Shown in pieces: positions 8,794 to 19,734 of a stretch of DNA of 64,000 nucleotides (position 1 is the stretch's first letter; each line of letters begins with the position of its first letter). This DNA is from an uncultured Puniceicoccaceae bacterium (GTDB lineage: Bacteria > Verrucomicrobiota > Verrucomicrobiia > Opitutales > Oceanipulchritudinaceae): contig CAWVVV010000003.1 of the NCBI GenBank assembly GCA_963933835.1, positions 192,001-256,000 on the forward strand. Direction: 5' to 3'. The notes beneath the pieces are model-generated. The model saw nothing but the letters and a program-made list of their open reading frames with translations, did not search any database and had not been told where the DNA came from. Position numbers and translations under genes: made by a program.

Positions 8794-10713
8794 CTACGAT
8801 TTAAGTTCGTTCTTTTCATAGTAATCAACGAACGCTCGATTACAGATTGCTGTTCCACCCGGGGTTGGATACTGGCCTGAGAAATACCAATCACCAGAGT
8901 GTTCAGGACAAGCTGCATGCAGGGCCCCGATCGATTGATAAACAATCGTCAGATCACCTTTCCAGCCACGGTCGCTTGGGTAGAGGAGCTGCGCAATGCG
9001 GGCGGAAATCTCTTCATCCGAGAACGGCTCGTAAATATCGCAGACAACGTTGCGTTGTTTCGCAGCAGGCTTTTTCAGCTCCGCCAGACAACCGCGATAG
9101 GTATCCGCCAAAAGTGGGTCTTTCCCTTTTTCTTTTATGAGCTTAACCGCGGCTTGAAAAGCGACGAACTTACCGAGGCTAGACATATCGATACCGTAGC
9201 AATCGGGATAACGAATCTGCGGCGCGGTCGACGCGATAATGATCCGCTTTGGCTGCGTCCGCGTCAAAATCCCGATGATACTTTCGCGCAGAGTTGTGCC
9301 CCGTACAATCGAATCATCCAGAACAACCAGATTATCATCCGGCGCGACGACGTCATACGTGATATCATAGATGTGGCTGACCATCTTAGAGCGGCCCTCT
9401 TCATTTGCGATGAAGGTGCGAAGCTTGATGTCTTTGTGAGCAATCTTTTCGGCGCGCGGCCAATTGCTCAATATCAACTCTTCGACCACTTGCTCAAAGT
9501 TCGCCACGAGCGTATTATCCTTAACGGCCTCACGCAGGCGGTGCTGCACCTCCACGCGGCGTAAGCGGCGTAGTTCATCGAGCAGCCCATAGCTAGCCGT
9601 CTCTGCTGTGTTCGGAATAAAGCTGAAGACAGAGTTTCCGAGGTCGCCATCAATGGCCTTCAAGATGCGCCCAGCGAGCGAACCACCCAAGCGCTTACGC
9701 TCCTGATAGATATCAGGATCGTTACCTCGCGAGAAGTAAATGCGCTCAAACGAACACGATGAACGCGGCTGAGGAGGCGCGAAGCTTTCGCAGCGGAGTT
9801 TTCCGTCGCGCTTGATCGTCACGACGTGGCCCGGCGGAACCTCTTGGACATCAGATTTCGCAAGGTCAAAGACGGTCATGAGCGGCACCCGCTCACTCGC
9901 GAAGGCAACAATTTCGTCGTTCTCAAACCAGAAGGCCGGGCGAATACCACGAGGATCGCGCATTACAAAGCAGTCACCATTTCCAACCGCACCTGAAATT
10001 GTGTAGCCGCCATCCCAGACCTTTGCGCTTTCGCTCAAAACCTTCACGAGGTCTAGTTGTTCGCTGATCACATTCGGGATCTGATCACCCGGTGTGCCCG
10101 CATCGCGCTCGCGGTGATAAATCTCGTCATGAGCTTCATCGAGGTGAAATCCGATCTCCTCTAGGACGGTCTGGGTATCGGTGCCGAAAATCGGATGCTG
10201 CCCACGATTGATCAGGGTCTGATGAAGCTCATCCGCATTCGTCATGTTGAAATTACCGGAGAGCATCAGGTTACGCGTCGTCCAGTTACTACGGCGATAA
10301 TACGGATGGCATACATTCGCCCCCATCCCGCCCGAAGTGCGGTAACGCAAGTGCCCGAAGAGCAACTCGCCGCCAAAATCAAAATGTTCTTTGACCGTCT
10401 CGGGAAACTCAGGGTAGATCGTCCCCTGCCGCTTCATCTTATCGTAGCTTTTGAGGGTGCGCTTAAAAAGCCGAGCGAGGGAGTTGTCGCGTGACTCACG
10501 ATCGCGGAACATGAAGTTCTGCCCCAGCGGCATCTCAAATTTTACGCAACCAATACCGGCCCCATCTTGACCGCGATTGTGTTGTTTCTCCAAGAGGAGA
10601 AAGAGGCGGTTAAAAGCCCACAACGGGTTCCCATACTTGTCAGCATAGTAGCGTAGCGGGTGCTTTAACCGGATCAGGGCAATACCACAGTGGTGTTTAA
10701 TCGAGTCGCTCAT
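8794..10713 (-). CDS. purF: Amidophosphoribosyltransferase (long form)
   Basis: Propeptide then CGI, QHNRGQDGAG, GHLRY, PRPP loop DDSIVRGTT, PDCYGIDM. Confidence 0.95.
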   Translation of the reverse strand: MSDSIKHHCGIALIRLKHPLRYYADKYGNPLWAFNRLFLLLEKQHNRGQDGAGIGCVKFEMPLGQNFMFRDRESRDNSLARLFKRTLKSYDKMKRQGTIYPEFPETVKEHFDFGGELLFGHLRYRTSGGMGANVCHPYYRRSNWTTRNLMLSGNFNMTNADELHQTLINRGQHPIFGTDTQTVLEEIGFHLDEAHDEIYHRERDAGTPGDQIPNVISEQLDLVKVLSESAKVWDGGYTISGAVGNGDCFVMRDPRGIRPAFWFENDEIVAFASERVPLMTVFDLAKSDVQEVPPGHVVTIKRDGKLRCESFAPPQPRSSCSFERIYFSRGNDPDIYQERKRLGGSLAGRILKAIDGDLGNSVFSFIPNTAETASYGLLDELRRLRRVEVQHRLREAVKDNTLVANFEQVVEELILSNWPRAEKIAHKDIKLRTFIANEEGRSKMVSHIYDITYDVVAPDDNLVVLDDSIVRGTTLRESIIGILTRTQPKRIIIASTAPQIRYPDCYGIDMSSLGKFVAFQAAVKLIKEKGKDPLLADTYRGCLAELKKPAAKQRNVVCDIYEPFSDEEISARIAQLLYPSDRGWKGDLTIVYQSIGALHAACPEHSGDWYFSGQYPTPGGTAICNRAFVDYYEKNELKS

Positions 10714-10870
10714 TTGTTAGCTCTGGAACTAAAGTCTTGGAACCTAAAGGAGGACGAGCCCAAATCTGGGTGCAACCTCAAAGGCTTCATAGCGGCAGAG
10801 AAATCCTCTTGGAGAAAAACACCCTCAGTGCGGAGTTGCACACCCTCCATCCAATCCCCACAACCGACAA

Positions 10871-13800
10871 ATGATCCACCGTCTCTTTGTGGAGAAACGA
10901 GCTCCCTACCGTCAACACGCCAGCGCGCTGGCTGAAGATCTCAGGAACTCTCTCGACTTGCCTCAGCTCTCAGAACTCCGCCTTTTCGCACGCTACGATG
11001 TTGAAGGGGCTTCGGCTACCCAATGGCCTTCGATCGTTCAAGGCGTGCTCGCCGAAGCTCCGCTCGAAGAAGCCTTTGAGAATACGCTTCCTGAGCTACA
11101 AGGAGCTCGCCTCTTTGCGATCGAGTATTTGCCTGGCCAATACGATCAGCGCGCCGACTCAGCCGCCCAGTGCATCGAGCTGATCACTGGTAAGCGCCCT
11201 GCCGTCGCCACCGCGACCGTCTATGCTGTCTTCGGTGAGCTCAGTGAGAGTGACCTCACGCGCATCGAAACTTACCTCATCAACGCCGTCGACAGTCGCA
11301 AAGCCGAGCTAGACAAACCCGAGACGCTCACGCCGGCGATTCCACAGCCATCACCCGTCGAACGCCTCGAGGGCTTTATCAAAGCCGACGCCGCTCGTCT
11401 CTCGGACTGGTATGAAAATCTCGGGCTTGCGATGTCACTAGAAGACCTCGCCTTCTGCCAAAACTACTTTGCCAACGAAGAAGGCCGCGACCCGAGTTTG
11501 ACTGAGATTCGCCTCCTCGACACCTACTGGTCAGACCATTGCCGTCACACAACGTTCCTCAGCGAACTGACAGACGTCACCTTTGAGCAGAGCGCATCTA
11601 CAGCGCCGATCGAGGCAGCTTGGAACCGCTACCGCACGATGCGCGACGAGCTCTACGGCCCCGAGACAGATCGCCCTGAATGCCTCATGGACATCGCGAT
11701 CATCGGGATGAAATGGCTCCGAAAGAACGGCAAGCTCGACGACCTCGAGGTCTCTGCCGAGATCAACGCCGCGAGCCTCATCGTGCCGGTCGAGATCGAT
11801 GGCCGCACGGAGGAGTGGCTCATCATGTTTAAGAACGAAACGCACAATCACCCGACCGAGATCGAGCCCTTCGGTGGTGCCGCGACCTGTCTCGGCGGTG
11901 CGATTCGCGACCCACTTTCGGGGCGCAGCTATGTTTATCAAGCAATGCGCGTCACGGGAGCAGCGGACCCCCGCACGCCCTACAGCGAAACCCTTGCCGG
12001 CAAACTTCCCCAGAGCAAAATCTGCCGCGAAGCCGCCCACGGTTATTCGAGCTACGGCAATCAAATCGGGCTCGCCACGGGCCTCGTGCGCGAAGTTTAC
12101 CATCCCGGCTATGTCGCTAAGCGTCTAGAAATCGGGGCTGTGGTCGCAGCAGCTCCACGCAGTCATGTTCGCCGCGAAGAGCCCGCCAATGGCGACGTCA
12201 TTGTTCTCGTCGGCGGACCTACTGGACGCGATGGCGTTGGTGGCGCAACCGGCTCGTCCAAAGCCCATGACAGCAAGGCTCTCGACAACGCAGCTGAAGT
12301 TCAAAAAGGCGATCCGGTCTGTGAGCGTAAGCTGCAGCGCCTCTTCCGCCGTAAGGATGTCGCTCAGCTCATCAAGCGATGTAATGACTTTGGCGCCGGT
12401 GGCGTCTCCGTTGCGATCGGTGAACTCGCCGACAGCCTCGAAATCGATCTCGATGCGGTGCCGAAAAAATACAAAGGCCTCGACGGCACAGAGCTCGCTA
12501 TCTCCGAGTCGCAGGAGCGCATGGCCGTCGTCCTCGCACCTGAAGACGCTGAAGCCTTTCTAGCCGCCGCCCGCGAAGAAAACCTCCTAGCCTCCCTCGT
12601 TGCGCGCGTCACTGATTCTGGTCGACTCCGCATGACTTGGAAGGGCGACACCGTCGTCGACCTTTCTCGTGAATTCCTCGATTCGAACGGCGTGCGCCAG
12701 ACCCACACCGCACGGGTCAAAGGTCCTGAAATGCAGGCCTCCCCACTGAGCGCAAAACCTGTAACTGAGAGCGTGAGCAAGGAATGGCTCACGCAGCTCG
12801 GTTCCCTGCAGAACGCTTCACAAAAGGGCCTGATCGAACGCTTCGACAGCACGATCGGCGCAGCCAGTATTCTCCATCCCTTCGGCGGAAAGACGCGCTC
12901 CACTCCCGCAGACTCGATGGCGGCGCTCGTTCCGATGCTCGAGGGCACAACCCGCACCGCGACCGTGATGAGCTTTGGCTTCGATCCATTTGCCTGTGCC
13001 TGGAGTCCCTTTCACGGAGCCCAGATTGCGGTGCTTCATTCCGTCGCCCGCGTCGTCGCAACCGGCGGAGAGCGTTCCCGCACGCGCCTAAGCTTCCAAG
13101 AGTTTTTCGAGCGCCTCCACAATGAGCCCGAGCGTTGGGGCAAGCCGCTGGCGGCTCTACTCGGCGCCCTTGAGGCTCAAGCAGCCCTTGAAACCGCTGC
13201 CGTTGGAGGGAAGGACTCCATGTCTGGGACCTTTAAGGATCTCGACGTCCCACCGACCCTCGCCTCCTTCGCGATCGCGCCAACAGAAGCCAAACACGTG
13301 CGTTCACCCGAGTTGAAGAGTGCTGGAAACAAGATTATCCATGTCGCTCTTCCACGTGATGCTGCCGGGGTTCCTGACCTCGCAGCAGCAGCAAAACGAC
13401 TCGATGAAGTCTCCACTCTGATCCGGGCAGGCAGTGTTCTTTCGAGTCGAGCGATCGGCGCAGGAGGCATCGCCATCGCCCTCGCTGAAATGGCCTTTGG
13501 GAACGAGATCGGCGTAGAGCTTGATACCCATGCAGTTTCTACCGCTGCGCTTTTCCAATCCCTCTACGGCGACATTTTGCTCGAGGTTTCGGATGCTTTC
13601 GAAGCACCCTCGGATGCCTTCAAACAGATCGGGCAAACGACGGCAGAGCCCATCCTTCAATATGGCTCAGAGCAGTTGGCCATCACCGACGCCCGCACCG
13701 CATGGGAAGCTCCACTCGAAAGCACCTTCCCAACCCAAGCAATCACGCCTGCCGGACGCACACACGAGATTCGCTTTGATCCGCGCATCCCATCCACAGC

Positions 13801-14614
13801 TAAATCCAAGGTCGCTCGTCCCAAGGTCGTCATTCCTGTTTTCCCCGGGACGAACTGCGAGTTTGATTCCGCTCGTTCCTTCGAAGCAGCCGGTGCTGAG
13901 GTTGAAACCGTCCTCTTTCGTAATCTTCGTCCAGAAGATGTCGCCGACTCGATCGAGCGCCTTACAACGGCGATTAACCAAGCCCAGATCCTCTTCCTTC
14001 CGGGTGGATTCAGTGCGGGAGATGAGCCTGCTGGTTCAGGCAAATTTATCGCTGCTGCCTTCCGCCACCCTGCCCTCACCGAGGCGACGATGAAGCTTCT
14101 CGCCGAGCGCGATGGCCTCGCCCTCGGCATCTGCAATGGCTTCCAAGCCCTGATCAAACTAGGCCTCCTGCCTTTCGGTGAGATCCGCTCCCAAGGTGCC
14201 GAAGCGCCGACGCTCACGCACAATCTTCTGCAGCGCCACGTCAGCTGCTATGCGCGGACCAAGGTCGTCTCACGCCAATCTCCATGGCTCACCGAGTGTG
14301 CCTTAGGCGACGAACATGACATTGCGATGTCGCACGGCGAAGGCCGGTTCGTAGCCGACGAAAGCGTTGTCCGTGAGCTCATCGCAAACGACCAGATCGC
14401 AACCCAATACGTCAATGACGCCGGCAAGCCTTCGCTCGAATTGCCGTTCAATCCGAACGGCTCTGTCCATGCCATTGAAGGACTCACCAGCCCTTGCGGT
14501 CGCGTCTTCGGCAAGATGGGTCACAGCGAGCGAACGGGTCCACACATCGGGATCAACATCCCAGGTGAGAAGCTACAGCCGATCTTCTCCGCGGGCGTAA
14601 ACTACTTCCATTGA
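10871..14614 (+). CDS. purL: Phosphoribosylformylglycinamidine synthase (large fused form)
   Basis: WSDHCRH, KNETHNHPTEIEPFGGAATC, DFGAGG, glutaminase PGGFS.GD, GICNGFQ, MGHSER. Confidence 0.97.
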   Translation: MIHRLFVEKRAPYRQHASALAEDLRNSLDLPQLSELRLFARYDVEGASATQWPSIVQGVLAEAPLEEAFENTLPELQGARLFAIEYLPGQYDQRADSAAQCIELITGKRPAVATATVYAVFGELSESDLTRIETYLINAVDSRKAELDKPETLTPAIPQPSPVERLEGFIKADAARLSDWYENLGLAMSLEDLAFCQNYFANEEGRDPSLTEIRLLDTYWSDHCRHTTFLSELTDVTFEQSASTAPIEAAWNRYRTMRDELYGPETDRPECLMDIAIIGMKWLRKNGKLDDLEVSAEINAASLIVPVEIDGRTEEWLIMFKNETHNHPTEIEPFGGAATCLGGAIRDPLSGRSYVYQAMRVTGAADPRTPYSETLAGKLPQSKICREAAHGYSSYGNQIGLATGLVREVYHPGYVAKRLEIGAVVAAAPRSHVRREEPANGDVIVLVGGPTGRDGVGGATGSSKAHDSKALDNAAEVQKGDPVCERKLQRLFRRKDVAQLIKRCNDFGAGGVSVAIGELADSLEIDLDAVPKKYKGLDGTELAISESQERMAVVLAPEDAEAFLAAAREENLLASLVARVTDSGRLRMTWKGDTVVDLSREFLDSNGVRQTHTARVKGPEMQASPLSAKPVTESVSKEWLTQLGSLQNASQKGLIERFDSTIGAASILHPFGGKTRSTPADSMAALVPMLEGTTRTATVMSFGFDPFACAWSPFHGAQIAVLHSVARVVATGGERSRTRLSFQEFFERLHNEPERWGKPLAALLGALEAQAALETAAVGGKDSMSGTFKDLDVPPTLASFAIAPTEAKHVRSPELKSAGNKIIHVALPRDAAGVPDLAAAAKRLDEVSTLIRAGSVLSSRAIGAGGIAIALAEMAFGNEIGVELDTHAVSTAALFQSLYGDILLEVSDAFEAPSDAFKQIGQTTAEPILQYGSEQLAITDARTAWEAPLESTFPTQAITPAGRTHEIRFDPRIPSTAKSKVARPKVVIPVFPGTNCEFDSARSFEAAGAEVETVLFRNLRPEDVADSIERLTTAINQAQILFLPGGFSAGDEPAGSGKFIAAAFRHPALTEATMKLLAERDGLALGICNGFQALIKLGLLPFGEIRSQGAEAPTLTHNLLQRHVSCYARTKVVSRQSPWLTECALGDEHDIAMSHGEGRFVADESVVRELIANDQIATQYVNDAGKPSLELPFNPNGSVHAIEGLTSPCGRVFGKMGHSERTGPHIGINIPGEKLQPIFSAGVNYFH

Positions 14615-14664
14615 TCGCATTTCTCCGTAACTATTTCGATTCAATCCGGTTAACCCTCAATAAC

Positions 14665-15114
14665 ATGCAATCCTTCAGCCTCAATTCCACTTCCGCTCGC
14701 AAATCCAAGGGCTTCTCCCTCGTCGAAATGCTCATCGCCATCGCACTTCTCGCCGTAGTGATGGGATTCTTGATCCAGAACTTTGGTGGCATCTTAGGAA
14801 GCAACGAGCGCAAGTTGACCAAAATGTTTGTTGATAACGGCGTCGAAGCGCCGCTCATGGCCTACCGCAACAGCGTCGGCTCCTATCCCACAAGCGATCA
14901 AGGCCTGATGGCTCTCTACCAAAAGCCATCCAATGTTCCCGCTTCACGATGGATCTCTACCCTGAAGAAAGAGCCACGCGATCCATGGGGTAACCTCTTT
15001 CAATACCGCTACCCCGGTCAGCATAATACAAATGGCTACGACATCTGGTCATGGGGACCCGATGGACAAGCAGGTGGTGGCGACGACATCGGCAACTGGG
15101 ATACAGGTAACTAA
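14665..15114 (+). CDS. gspG: Type II secretion major pseudopilin G
   Basis: Prepilin site GFSLVEML, YPTSDQGL, DPWG..YRYPG, GPDG...DDIGNW. Confidence 0.9.
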   Translation: MQSFSLNSTSARKSKGFSLVEMLIAIALLAVVMGFLIQNFGGILGSNERKLTKMFVDNGVEAPLMAYRNSVGSYPTSDQGLMALYQKPSNVPASRWISTLKKEPRDPWGNLFQYRYPGQHNTNGYDIWSWGPDGQAGGGDDIGNWDTGN

Positions 15115-15143
15115 TTCCTTCTAAGCTTCAGAAGGAAACACCC

Positions 15144-15674
15144 GTGAATCTTCCGAACTCGATAATAGAAAAAACCTCTCGCAATCCAAAAGGGGGCTTT
15201 TCTCTCATCGAGATCATCATTGCGATCGCACTGATCGCACTCATCACCGGTCTATTCGTTGCAAATATGCCAGGCCTTACGGATGGCCTCGGCGCTCGCC
15301 CTCTCGAGGACATCCTACAAAAGTCGGTCCGCGACGCTCGCTATCAGGCAGCCTTAAACAAAGAACGGGTGAGCCTCGTTTTCGACCCTGAACGCAGCGC
15401 CTTTATTGTTTTTTCTGAAGCGAACCAAGAACTGGCGTCGCGGGAAAGTGGATACGCCGAAGAGGACAATGTTAGCGTCACTTTTGAACAATTTTTGCCC
15501 TACGAGGGCCTGAATTCAAGAGGCCAGCAAGAGCGCATCGAGATCCCCCTCGTCCGATTTCACCCAGATCGCTCCTCGACCCCTTTCATTGCAATTCTAA
15601 ACATCGAGAACAAGCGCAGCGAGCACCGCTACGACCCCTTCTCTGACTTGGAGATCAAAAGTGAAGATGACTAA
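15144..15674 (+). CDS. gspH: Minor pseudopilin (GspH-like)
   Basis: GFSLIEIII N-methyl site; position after gspG. Confidence 0.7.
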   Translation: MNLPNSIIEKTSRNPKGGFSLIEIIIAIALIALITGLFVANMPGLTDGLGARPLEDILQKSVRDARYQAALNKERVSLVFDPERSAFIVFSEANQELASRESGYAEEDNVSVTFEQFLPYEGLNSRGQQERIEIPLVRFHPDRSSTPFIAILNIENKRSEHRYDPFSDLEIKSEDD

Positions 15675-16134
15675 GCACACTTCGAACAAGGGGTTTACGC
15701 TCATCGAGTTGCTCATCGCTCTCTTAGTCTTCTCTGTTGTCGTCGTTGCTTACAGCGAAGCGTTCTCAAACACGCTCCGTGCCCTAGAGCGCAAGGCGAC
15801 GGTAACCGCGACAAACGACGCCCTCCGCTTCGTCCGCAGCCAAATCATCCTCGAACCCGACCTCGATGCCTTCGAAGACGGGGACGAGATTGAAACCCTC
15901 GATGTGGGCAATGCCCGCTGGGAAGCGGACGTCGAGCCTACGGAGATTCCTCACCTTTTCCAAGTAGCGCTTACGATCGAATTCGACGGCAACGATGAGA
16001 TCGAAGACTGGACACACGAAGAATCTATTTACCTCCTCCGCCCGACCTGGAGCGAAATCGATGAATCTGACGAACTAAAGTCTGAACTTCAGGAGCAGAT
16101 CGAAGACGGGCGCAACTTCGCAGACTGGCAATGA
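15667..16134 (+). CDS. gspI: Minor pseudopilin (GspI-like)
   Basis: GFTLIELLI N-methyl site; operon order. Confidence 0.65.
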   Translation: MTKHTSNKGFTLIELLIALLVFSVVVVAYSEAFSNTLRALERKATVTATNDALRFVRSQIILEPDLDAFEDGDEIETLDVGNARWEADVEPTEIPHLFQVALTIEFDGNDEIEDWTHEESIYLLRPTWSEIDESDELKSELQEQIEDGRNFADWQ

Positions 16135-16808
16135 GAAGAGACGCTCCAGTTCTATGCCGTACCGGTGGCTTCAGCCTGATCGAGATGATCCTCGTCATCT
16201 CTTTGCTTGCCCTCATTTTACCGATGGTCCTTGGATTCGTCTTCAACCTGAGCCAAATCTGGTTAAAGGGCGCTAAAGGTAACTTCTTCGCCCAGCATGT
16301 CGACGGGGTGAGTCTCTTTTTGGATACAGCGCTCGAACGCTCCGAAGCGATCGTTGGCGACGGCGCCGAGGGCGAGACAACGCTTCCCATCGAATGGGCC
16401 CGCCCACCTGGCTTCAGTGATTTCGACGATCCACTCCTGATGTTTCGCCAGCGCGAGACCCCTGCCCTTTTCGTTCGTGAGGGAGAAAGTCTGCCTAATA
16501 TCTTTGTCTACATTTACCACGACGACCGCGAAGGACTCTCACTCGTTTGGTATTCAAGCCACCAGGAAGAGGTTGAAGATGAGGACGACCTCTACCGCAC
16601 CCCGATTTCAAAATACGTATCCAAGATCCAATACGCGTATTACGATGCCGAAAACGATGAGTGGGACGTTGAAGATGATCCGGAGGAAGGCGACAACGAC
16701 GCTTACATCCTCCCCCAGTATTTAAAGCTCACCTTCGCCTACGAAGATGAGGAATTCGTGCGCAACCTCCACATTCCACAGCGCTCAACCGATGTGCCTC
16801 TGTTCTAG
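16131..16808 (+). CDS. gspJ: Minor pseudopilin (GspJ-like)
   Basis: GFSLIEMIL site; ATGA overlap with the upstream gene. Confidence 0.65.
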   Translation: MRRDAPVLCRTGGFSLIEMILVISLLALILPMVLGFVFNLSQIWLKGAKGNFFAQHVDGVSLFLDTALERSEAIVGDGAEGETTLPIEWARPPGFSDFDDPLLMFRQRETPALFVREGESLPNIFVYIYHDDREGLSLVWYSSHQEEVEDEDDLYRTPISKYVSKIQYAYYDAENDEWDVEDDPEEGDNDAYILPQYLKLTFAYEDEEFVRNLHIPQRSTDVPLF

Positions 16809-17915
16809 ATGAGAAGTCGACTCAACAGTTCAGCAGGCTCAATCCTAGCGATGGTGCTGGCGCTCGTCATTCTCCTTGGCTTCATCACCGTTGCCTTCAT
16901 CGAGGACGCAAAAGAGCAGATCCTCTACGACGCTCAGTTTCATCAGCAGGAAGACCTGCGCGCAGAAGCTTACTCTGCCCTCGATATTACGCTGGCCGTG
17001 CTCAACCTCTTCCAAGAGATCGACGGCTCGATTTGGGGGCCTTCTCAGGGCTGGGGTGATCCTCTCGACTTCGCCCATTACCAACCGCCGGGCAACCTGA
17101 AGGTGAATGTGACCGTGCACGACGAAAGCGGACGCTTCGGCCTCAACGATGCTGAATTCGACTTCCTCCGCGTCGCCTTTACGGAGATGGGTTTTAAGGT
17201 CTCTGACGCTGAGGAGTTATCCGACTCCCTGATCGACTGGATCGACGAGGACGACCTCAGCCGCCTCAACGGCTTTGATGGAAATGACTACGAACGCCTC
17301 AATCCCCCTTACTTGCCTGCCAATGGCCCGATCCAGAGTTGGGATGAGCTAGAGCTGATTCCAGCCTTCAAAGAGCGCTTCTGGGACGAAGACGGACGCG
17401 CCCTACCCGAGCTAGACATTTTCACCGCGAATTTCTCCCTCTACAACTCTGGGCCGGTAAACATCAACGCCGCCACGCCCTTCGTCAGCCGCGTGCTCGA
17501 TGAGCTCGGAATCATCGAAGAAGACAACTTGGGCGACTACCTCGCAGGGTCAGATGGGGAAGCAGGCAACGACGACGACCGGCTCGTGCGCGATCCGACC
17601 GCAGGGGGCGTTTTTCTCGATGGAGCAGGTAGTGACCTCGCGGGCACCGAATCGAGCCTTCTTGAAGTCGCCATCGAAGTGAGCCGAGGCGACGCAGTTT
17701 TTCTCCTCCGCAGCCTCGTCAGCTGGCGCGGATCGAATGCGGCCGCCGGCGATTCTCAAGCCGTAGCAGAAGAAACCACCGAAGCCGCGCGCAGCGACGA
17801 AGAAACTGACAAAAATCGCCAAGCAAGAGGCACCGCCAAGACTGAAGCTAGCGGCGGCGCAGAGCTCGGTTACCCCTTCCAAATCCATTGGCTGGCTGAA
17901 AACCGTAAAAATTGA
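16809..17915 (+). CDS. gspK: Type II secretion protein K
   Basis: GSILAMVL leader lacking E5, DESGRF.LN, LIDWIDED, VNINAA. Confidence 0.88.
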   Translation: MRSRLNSSAGSILAMVLALVILLGFITVAFIEDAKEQILYDAQFHQQEDLRAEAYSALDITLAVLNLFQEIDGSIWGPSQGWGDPLDFAHYQPPGNLKVNVTVHDESGRFGLNDAEFDFLRVAFTEMGFKVSDAEELSDSLIDWIDEDDLSRLNGFDGNDYERLNPPYLPANGPIQSWDELELIPAFKERFWDEDGRALPELDIFTANFSLYNSGPVNINAATPFVSRVLDELGIIEEDNLGDYLAGSDGEAGNDDDRLVRDPTAGGVFLDGAGSDLAGTESSLLEVAIEVSRGDAVFLLRSLVSWRGSNAAAGDSQAVAEETTEAARSDEETDKNRQARGTAKTEASGGAELGYPFQIHWLAENRKN

Positions 17916-17962
17916 TTGGACATGACCATTCCTCAAACACTTCACTCCGCCCTTCCCCAACG

Positions 17963-19195
17963 ATGAAAATGGCTCCCCGCCAGTGGTTGCGCTCCCTGCA
18001 CGACAAACTCCCCGAGCCTCGCGTTCTCCTCGCGCCAGGCCATCTCTTCTTCTCCCAAGAGCTCGTCCTCGACCCTTCGATGTCGGAGGAAGAGATTGAC
18101 GATTTCGTCAACCTCTCGATTGAAGGGCTCTCGCCTTTCCCCGTCGATCAGCTGACTTGGGGCTACCTACGACCGGAAGGCTCGAACGAAGCCCTCGTCT
18201 ACGCCACGCCAGTATCGCGCCTGCGCTCGCAGACGGAGGACGATCTCGAGAGCTACTTTCACGTCTTCCCAAGTTTCGTCGCGGCACTGCGCGAAGAGCC
18301 CGCGCTCGCACCGTCGATCCGTATTCTTTCCAGCGGCGATAGCCTCACCGCGCTCTTTTTCGAAACCGGCAAGCGTCTGCCGCACAAGATCATCTCCCGC
18401 CCACAAAAGAGCGCTGATCTGGACGACACCGCACTTCTTGATGCGCGTAACGCCCTCGCCGCTAAGATCAGCTTCGACGGCTACGAGCTCGAAGACGGTG
18501 TCTGGCAAGTCGATGGTTTCTTTGTAGGCAAGCAAAACGAGGTCTACTCCCGCTATCGAAACCTCCTCCCCGGAAGTACGGGCGAAAGTATTGAGCGCCC
18601 ATTCGAGCTCACCGATAGCCAGCTTCAAGCCGCCGATGTCCGCGACACTGCACTGACCGCCAAAAGCCTCAAAGAGCGCCAGCTTGCACGTAAACTTTGG
18701 AAAGGCCTGCAGTTCATCGCAGCCTGCTTTATCCTCCTTTTACTCGCTCAATTCACGACCTGGGGCCTAAGTAAATTCACCGAGGTCATTGATAATCGCT
18801 TCGACAAGCGCGAGCGCATCGTGAACCAAGTGCTCCAGCGCGAGGATTTCATTCAACGCCTCTCGCTCGATTCGCTGCAGAGCGCTGACCCGACACTGAT
18901 GCTCACCGTGATCAACGATATCCGGCCAGATACGATTTATTTCACCGAAGCCGAAGCGAACTCGATCGACACGATTACGGTTCAAGGAATCTCTCAAGTC
19001 GGTGCTGAACGGGTAAATCTCTATGCTGAGAATTTAAGAAGCCTCCCGATTGTGAGTGATGTGCAAAACACCCCCTCGACGAAAGATAGCCAAACCAGTT
19101 TTGATATCACAGTCACCTTTGATATCGTTGAACTCGCTGCAAGAGCACAGCGTATGAAATCATCCGAAACCAACACGGAAGGAGCGCCCGAATGA
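17963..19195 (+). CDS. GspL/PilN-like inner-membrane platform protein
   Basis: Cytoplasmic domain, single TM, PilN-like periplasmic domain; position between K and M. Confidence 0.6.
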   Translation: MKMAPRQWLRSLHDKLPEPRVLLAPGHLFFSQELVLDPSMSEEEIDDFVNLSIEGLSPFPVDQLTWGYLRPEGSNEALVYATPVSRLRSQTEDDLESYFHVFPSFVAALREEPALAPSIRILSSGDSLTALFFETGKRLPHKIISRPQKSADLDDTALLDARNALAAKISFDGYELEDGVWQVDGFFVGKQNEVYSRYRNLLPGSTGESIERPFELTDSQLQAADVRDTALTAKSLKERQLARKLWKGLQFIAACFILLLLAQFTTWGLSKFTEVIDNRFDKRERIVNQVLQREDFIQRLSLDSLQSADPTLMLTVINDIRPDTIYFTEAEANSIDTITVQGISQVGAERVNLYAENLRSLPIVSDVQNTPSTKDSQTSFDITVTFDIVELAARAQRMKSSETNTEGAPE

Positions 19196-19734
19196 ATATT
19201 GTTTCGAAAACCTTCTTCAACATGAAAGGCCGCGAGCGCCTTCTCCTCATTGCCTTTATCACCGTCGTCCTCCTATGGTGGCTCAGTAGCCTGATAAAAA
19301 CGGGTGGCCAGCAATGGTCAGCCTATAGCTCCTCTCGCCGTTATTTTAATACCCAGACCTCAGCCATCGAACGGGCCAGCTTTGTCGAATCTCAGCTCAA
19401 GCAAGCGCTTTCCCGCCTCGACTCAAACCGCACCTATTCCGATACTCAGCTCTTTGGAAAGCTCGATAATATCGCCCGAAGCTTCGATCTGGATTTCGAT
19501 GTAAGTCAGCCTACAAGCGAGAATTCGGGCATCTATGCAACGCACACCATCCGCGTTCGGATCGACGATAGCAACTTAGAGCAACTTGTGCGGTTTAACC
19601 AAGGTGTGCAGGCCGAAGCCCCTTATATTGCCATAGCAGAATTTAAACTCTCTGCGAATCGACGTGATCGATCTAAGATCGATGCCACCTTCGATATCGC
19701 CTCTTTCGAACTCCTCGAAAACCTTTCCCAGTGA
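19192..19734 (+). CDS. GspM/PilO-like protein
   Basis: RERLLL followed by a TM; operon position. Confidence 0.6.
   Translation: MNIVSKTFFNMKGRERLLLIAFITVVLLWWLSSLIKTGGQQWSAYSSSRRYFNTQTSAIERASFVESQLKQALSRLDSNRTYSDTQLFGKLDNIARSFDLDFDVSQPTSENSGIYATHTIRVRIDDSNLEQLVRFNQGVQAEAPYIAIAEFKLSANRRDRSKIDATFDIASFELLENLSQ

Noticed and set aside
10714..10870. Purine or ZTP riboswitch between purF and purL
   Set aside because: No consensus elements recognised; it looks like a plain divergent promoter region.
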